Shown here piece by piece: positions 61,407 to 64,000 of a stretch of DNA of 64,000 nt. Position 1 is the first letter of the stretch; every line of letters begins with the position of its first letter. Both the position numbers and the translations under genes were made by a program. This DNA is from Octopus vulgaris (lineage: Eukaryota), in the NCBI GenBank assembly GCA_951406725.2, contig OX597823.1, positions 94,860,001 to 94,924,000 of the forward strand. Reading direction: 5' to 3'. A model generated the notes under the pieces. It saw only the letters and a program-made list of their open reading frames with translations. It was not told where the DNA came from and searched no databases.

Positions 61407-61600
61407 TATAGATCGGATGCAAAGTTTTTTTATGTGTATGTATGTGTGAGTGCGTTGGATTAGCGGTATTGATGTGAGGAATATGAAAGTTTGTTGAGGG
61501 GAATGAAATGTTATTAAAAGTTGGGCCCGAGTAGCGCCATTGTTGTTTATCAACAGCTCGGGGAACAACACACTCACAGTTCACTCCCTTGTACAAGACC
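61407..61600 (-). promoter_or_regulatory. Candidate PAN2 promoter and non-coding first exon
   Basis: Local rise in CpG, YY1-like AACAATGGCG at 61535-61544 (minus), GTAAGT donor at 61406-61401; coding exon 1 has a splice acceptor, so an upstream exon is needed. No transcript evidence. Confidence 0.35.
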
Positions 61601-61610
61601 AGCCGCGTTA

Positions 61611-63602
61611 CAGTAACCGACCGATTATCCGGCTTCCAGAAATCCGGGAATTCTGTAAAGTGGGAACTCCTTGCGGGCCAAGCAGAAAGCAAGAGATCCT
61701 TTCAGCCCAGTGCTTCTCAACGGAGGTCCATTCGGCCGCTGGGGTTTCATACAAGGTTTTGTTGTTAATATTTATATGCAATAAATTGATTATACCTCTA
61801 CAATACACGAAATATTTAGAAAAATTTTTTAATACAGTTTCTGATAATATTTAAATGTTAAAATCACAACAATTAATTATTTATATCAGTCTTCCTTTAG
61901 CTTCCATATGTCACCAGACGAGTTGACCAGAATATGTTCTTACAACATTGGATCATTTAGTTTTTATTACATAACACGTATATATATGATATATGAATAA
62001 TATAAAACCACATTAAAATATAAACCCTAAACAATAGTCATGATTCTTCCATAATATAAGTTTTCACAGAGAAAGGCAAAGAAAAAGGGAAAGGGGGGAT
62101 AAAAAAGGGGAAAGAAGATGAAAGAAAAAAAAGCATCAAGTGCTTCCATTTGTCGAATACCATAAGGCTCAACGGAACCTACCGAAGCGAGCCAGCCCGC
62201 TCACCCCACGGGCGATGGCGAGACTAAGGCGCTGGGAAAGCTAAGCACCCTCACAGGCATCTCCTAAAACCTCTGTAAGGCGAGCAGCAAACGCTGACAA
62301 GAACTTCGTGGTTAGTGGCCCAGTCCCTCCGAACGTCTCAGACACTACCGGCTCGATACTTCGGGGTTTTGTTCCATTTGGCTGCGGAAGCAGTGACCCT
62401 CCCATTTACTGCAGCATCCAAGATGTGGGAATGGGCAAAAGAATCACAGACTGCGGCGTCTTAGATGAGACGCCTACCTCTAACCCATCTGGTCTCTTTC
62501 CACCACTTGTGGATAATCTCGCCGGCTTCAGAACTGAGGAGATATTAATCGAAGCCATGGCCCTCTTAATGATTAGGTTTAGCTCAGCGTGACGAGCGAA
62601 ACGACCAGCATTTAGGCTGTAAGACAGACCGTGAAGACCTGTGGGATTGAGGGGCCTACCACAGCGATATCTCAGTCTCCTATGGACGTCAGTACCCTCT
62701 CTGTGTGCGATGGCGGTGCACAGTTCATCTAGACTGAGAAGACCTCCAATGTTGGCCACAGGCAGGGCATCAATCCAGTCCCCCGAGAATTTTGCACTAG
62801 CTGAAAGTAGGCGACAATAACAAAATACGATAGGATTTTCTAATCATTAAATGGCTATAAGGGTCCATCTGAATAAAATAGGAATCAAAGGGGCCCATAA
62901 GTAGAAAAGGTTTGAGAACCACAACTTTAGAGGAAGAACTCCTATCAACGAAGTGTTTCGACTCTTTCGATCCCCAATAAACTCTACCCTATATTGATCA
63001 AATAGATTATTTGCGAAGTTGGATGATTGGTATACGGTGTGCTAAGAATAGTTTTCCCCCCTTTTTTTCTTTTTAATTCTTTCAAATGTGTTTTGTTCTG
63101 TTTTGTCCAATTTTCTGATTTAATTTTGTAAAACGGAAAACAGTCTATTTTATAACGCTATATTTGTGTAAATTTGTAAATATATTTAATGAATATCTTC
63201 CAGAAGTCGCAAAAGAAGTTTATAAAGTAATAATAATCTTTATTAATTTACAATAAGTCAATTAATAAAGATTAAACATACACTGCTTTAGAAGTATATT
63301 AATTAATTTGTACCTGCATCTGTTGAATAAAATCATGCTCTCAACTTTCATTCAATTTTCATCTTTTAAATTGTACATGATACGATATAATGTATTTTAA
63401 GAATTTTGAGCGGCTTATCAAATACCAGAGAGACCCTGCTTTACAACTGTATTTATTTTGAATCTCTTAAATACAATTGAATTCTTTTGACTTTTCATAG
63501 TTTATTCAAAGTATAAACTTAAACTGTCTTCAGAAAACCGGAAAGTCTAGAAATCCGGGACACTTCTGGTCCTAAGCATGCCGGATTATTGGTCCGGTGC
63601 AG
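61611..63602. mobile_element. Tigger/pogo-like DNA transposon remnant containing nested insertions
   Basis: TA-CAGTAACCGACCGATTATCCGGC vs reverse complement of 63580-63602 CTGCACCGGACCAATAATCCGGC (17/23), flanked by TA; subterminal AGAAATCCGGGA at both ends; right end ACACTTCTGGTCCTAAGCAT resembles Tigger4/MER46-type ends (recalled). Confidence 0.6.
62160..62817 (-). mobile_element. CRE-clade non-LTR retrotransposon 3' fragment (zinc knuckle plus restriction-like endonuclease), pseudogenised
   Basis: RLLSASAKFSGDWIDALP..., CGRPLNPTGLHGLS, RHAELNLIIKRA, GKRPDG, (frameshift) GRRLI*DAAVCDSFA...KY, PVVSETFGGTGP...LSQRLSLAIARG. Confidence 0.8.
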
Positions 63603-64000
63603 TAATGAAATAATACTAATAATTTGTTTATAAATTTCTTAAATGAATTAATTGATCGTTTTTTTCTCCCCAAACCTCTCAACCCGAAACGTTAAGATTA
63701 ACGTATTTTGTCTCTTACTAAATGAACAAAGTTAAGATATTTTCGAAGCAGTATTATCTCCCTTGCACTTCGCTTTCTTTTCCTTTTCTGTTAGAGCTGT
63801 GTCAGGGACGCGACCCACATTTTATGACACTTTTAAAAGACCTCGCATATTACCTCCTTTTTCTCTTAATTATTTAGGTACAAGGTGACCCAAATTCGGG
63901 TTGTGTTGTAGTAGATTTAATCGATCGTCAATACTTAACTGCTATTTTTATCGATAATAAAAACGTTGAAGACAAACAACAGGGGTGTGATTTCAACTCA

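Overview
Eukaryotic, repeat-dense, AT-rich genomic DNA. The SINE/RTE repeat content and long (TA)n/(CAT)n microsatellites point to a coleoid cephalopod, probably Octopus; this is an inference from the repeat landscape. One large minus-strand gene dominates the window: PAN2 (USP52), the catalytic subunit of the PAN2-PAN3 poly(A) deadenylase. I traced by hand 23 consecutive GT-AG coding exons from the ATG at 53528 down to 517 (3149 nt, about 1049 codons, all intron phases compatible). They cover the WD40 region, linker, pseudo-UCH domain and the start of the DEDD nuclease domain; the 3' end lies beyond position 1. Two exons have no counterpart in the vertebrate protein as I recall it, and one of them encodes a C-x5-C-x4-C-x3-H zinc finger resembling the poly(A)-binding fingers of Nab2/ZC3H14. 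Introns and the upstream region contain decayed RTE LINEs and many copies of their 3'UTR, three SINE families, piggyBac/hAT/mariner/Tigger-type elements, a foldback element, R4/Dong-like and CRE-like fragments, 26-bp minisatellites, and two Penelope-like inverted-repeat structures carrying minimal hammerhead ribozyme motifs. Nearly all other ORFs in the supplied track are repeat-derived. All family assignments are by eye, without database searches.
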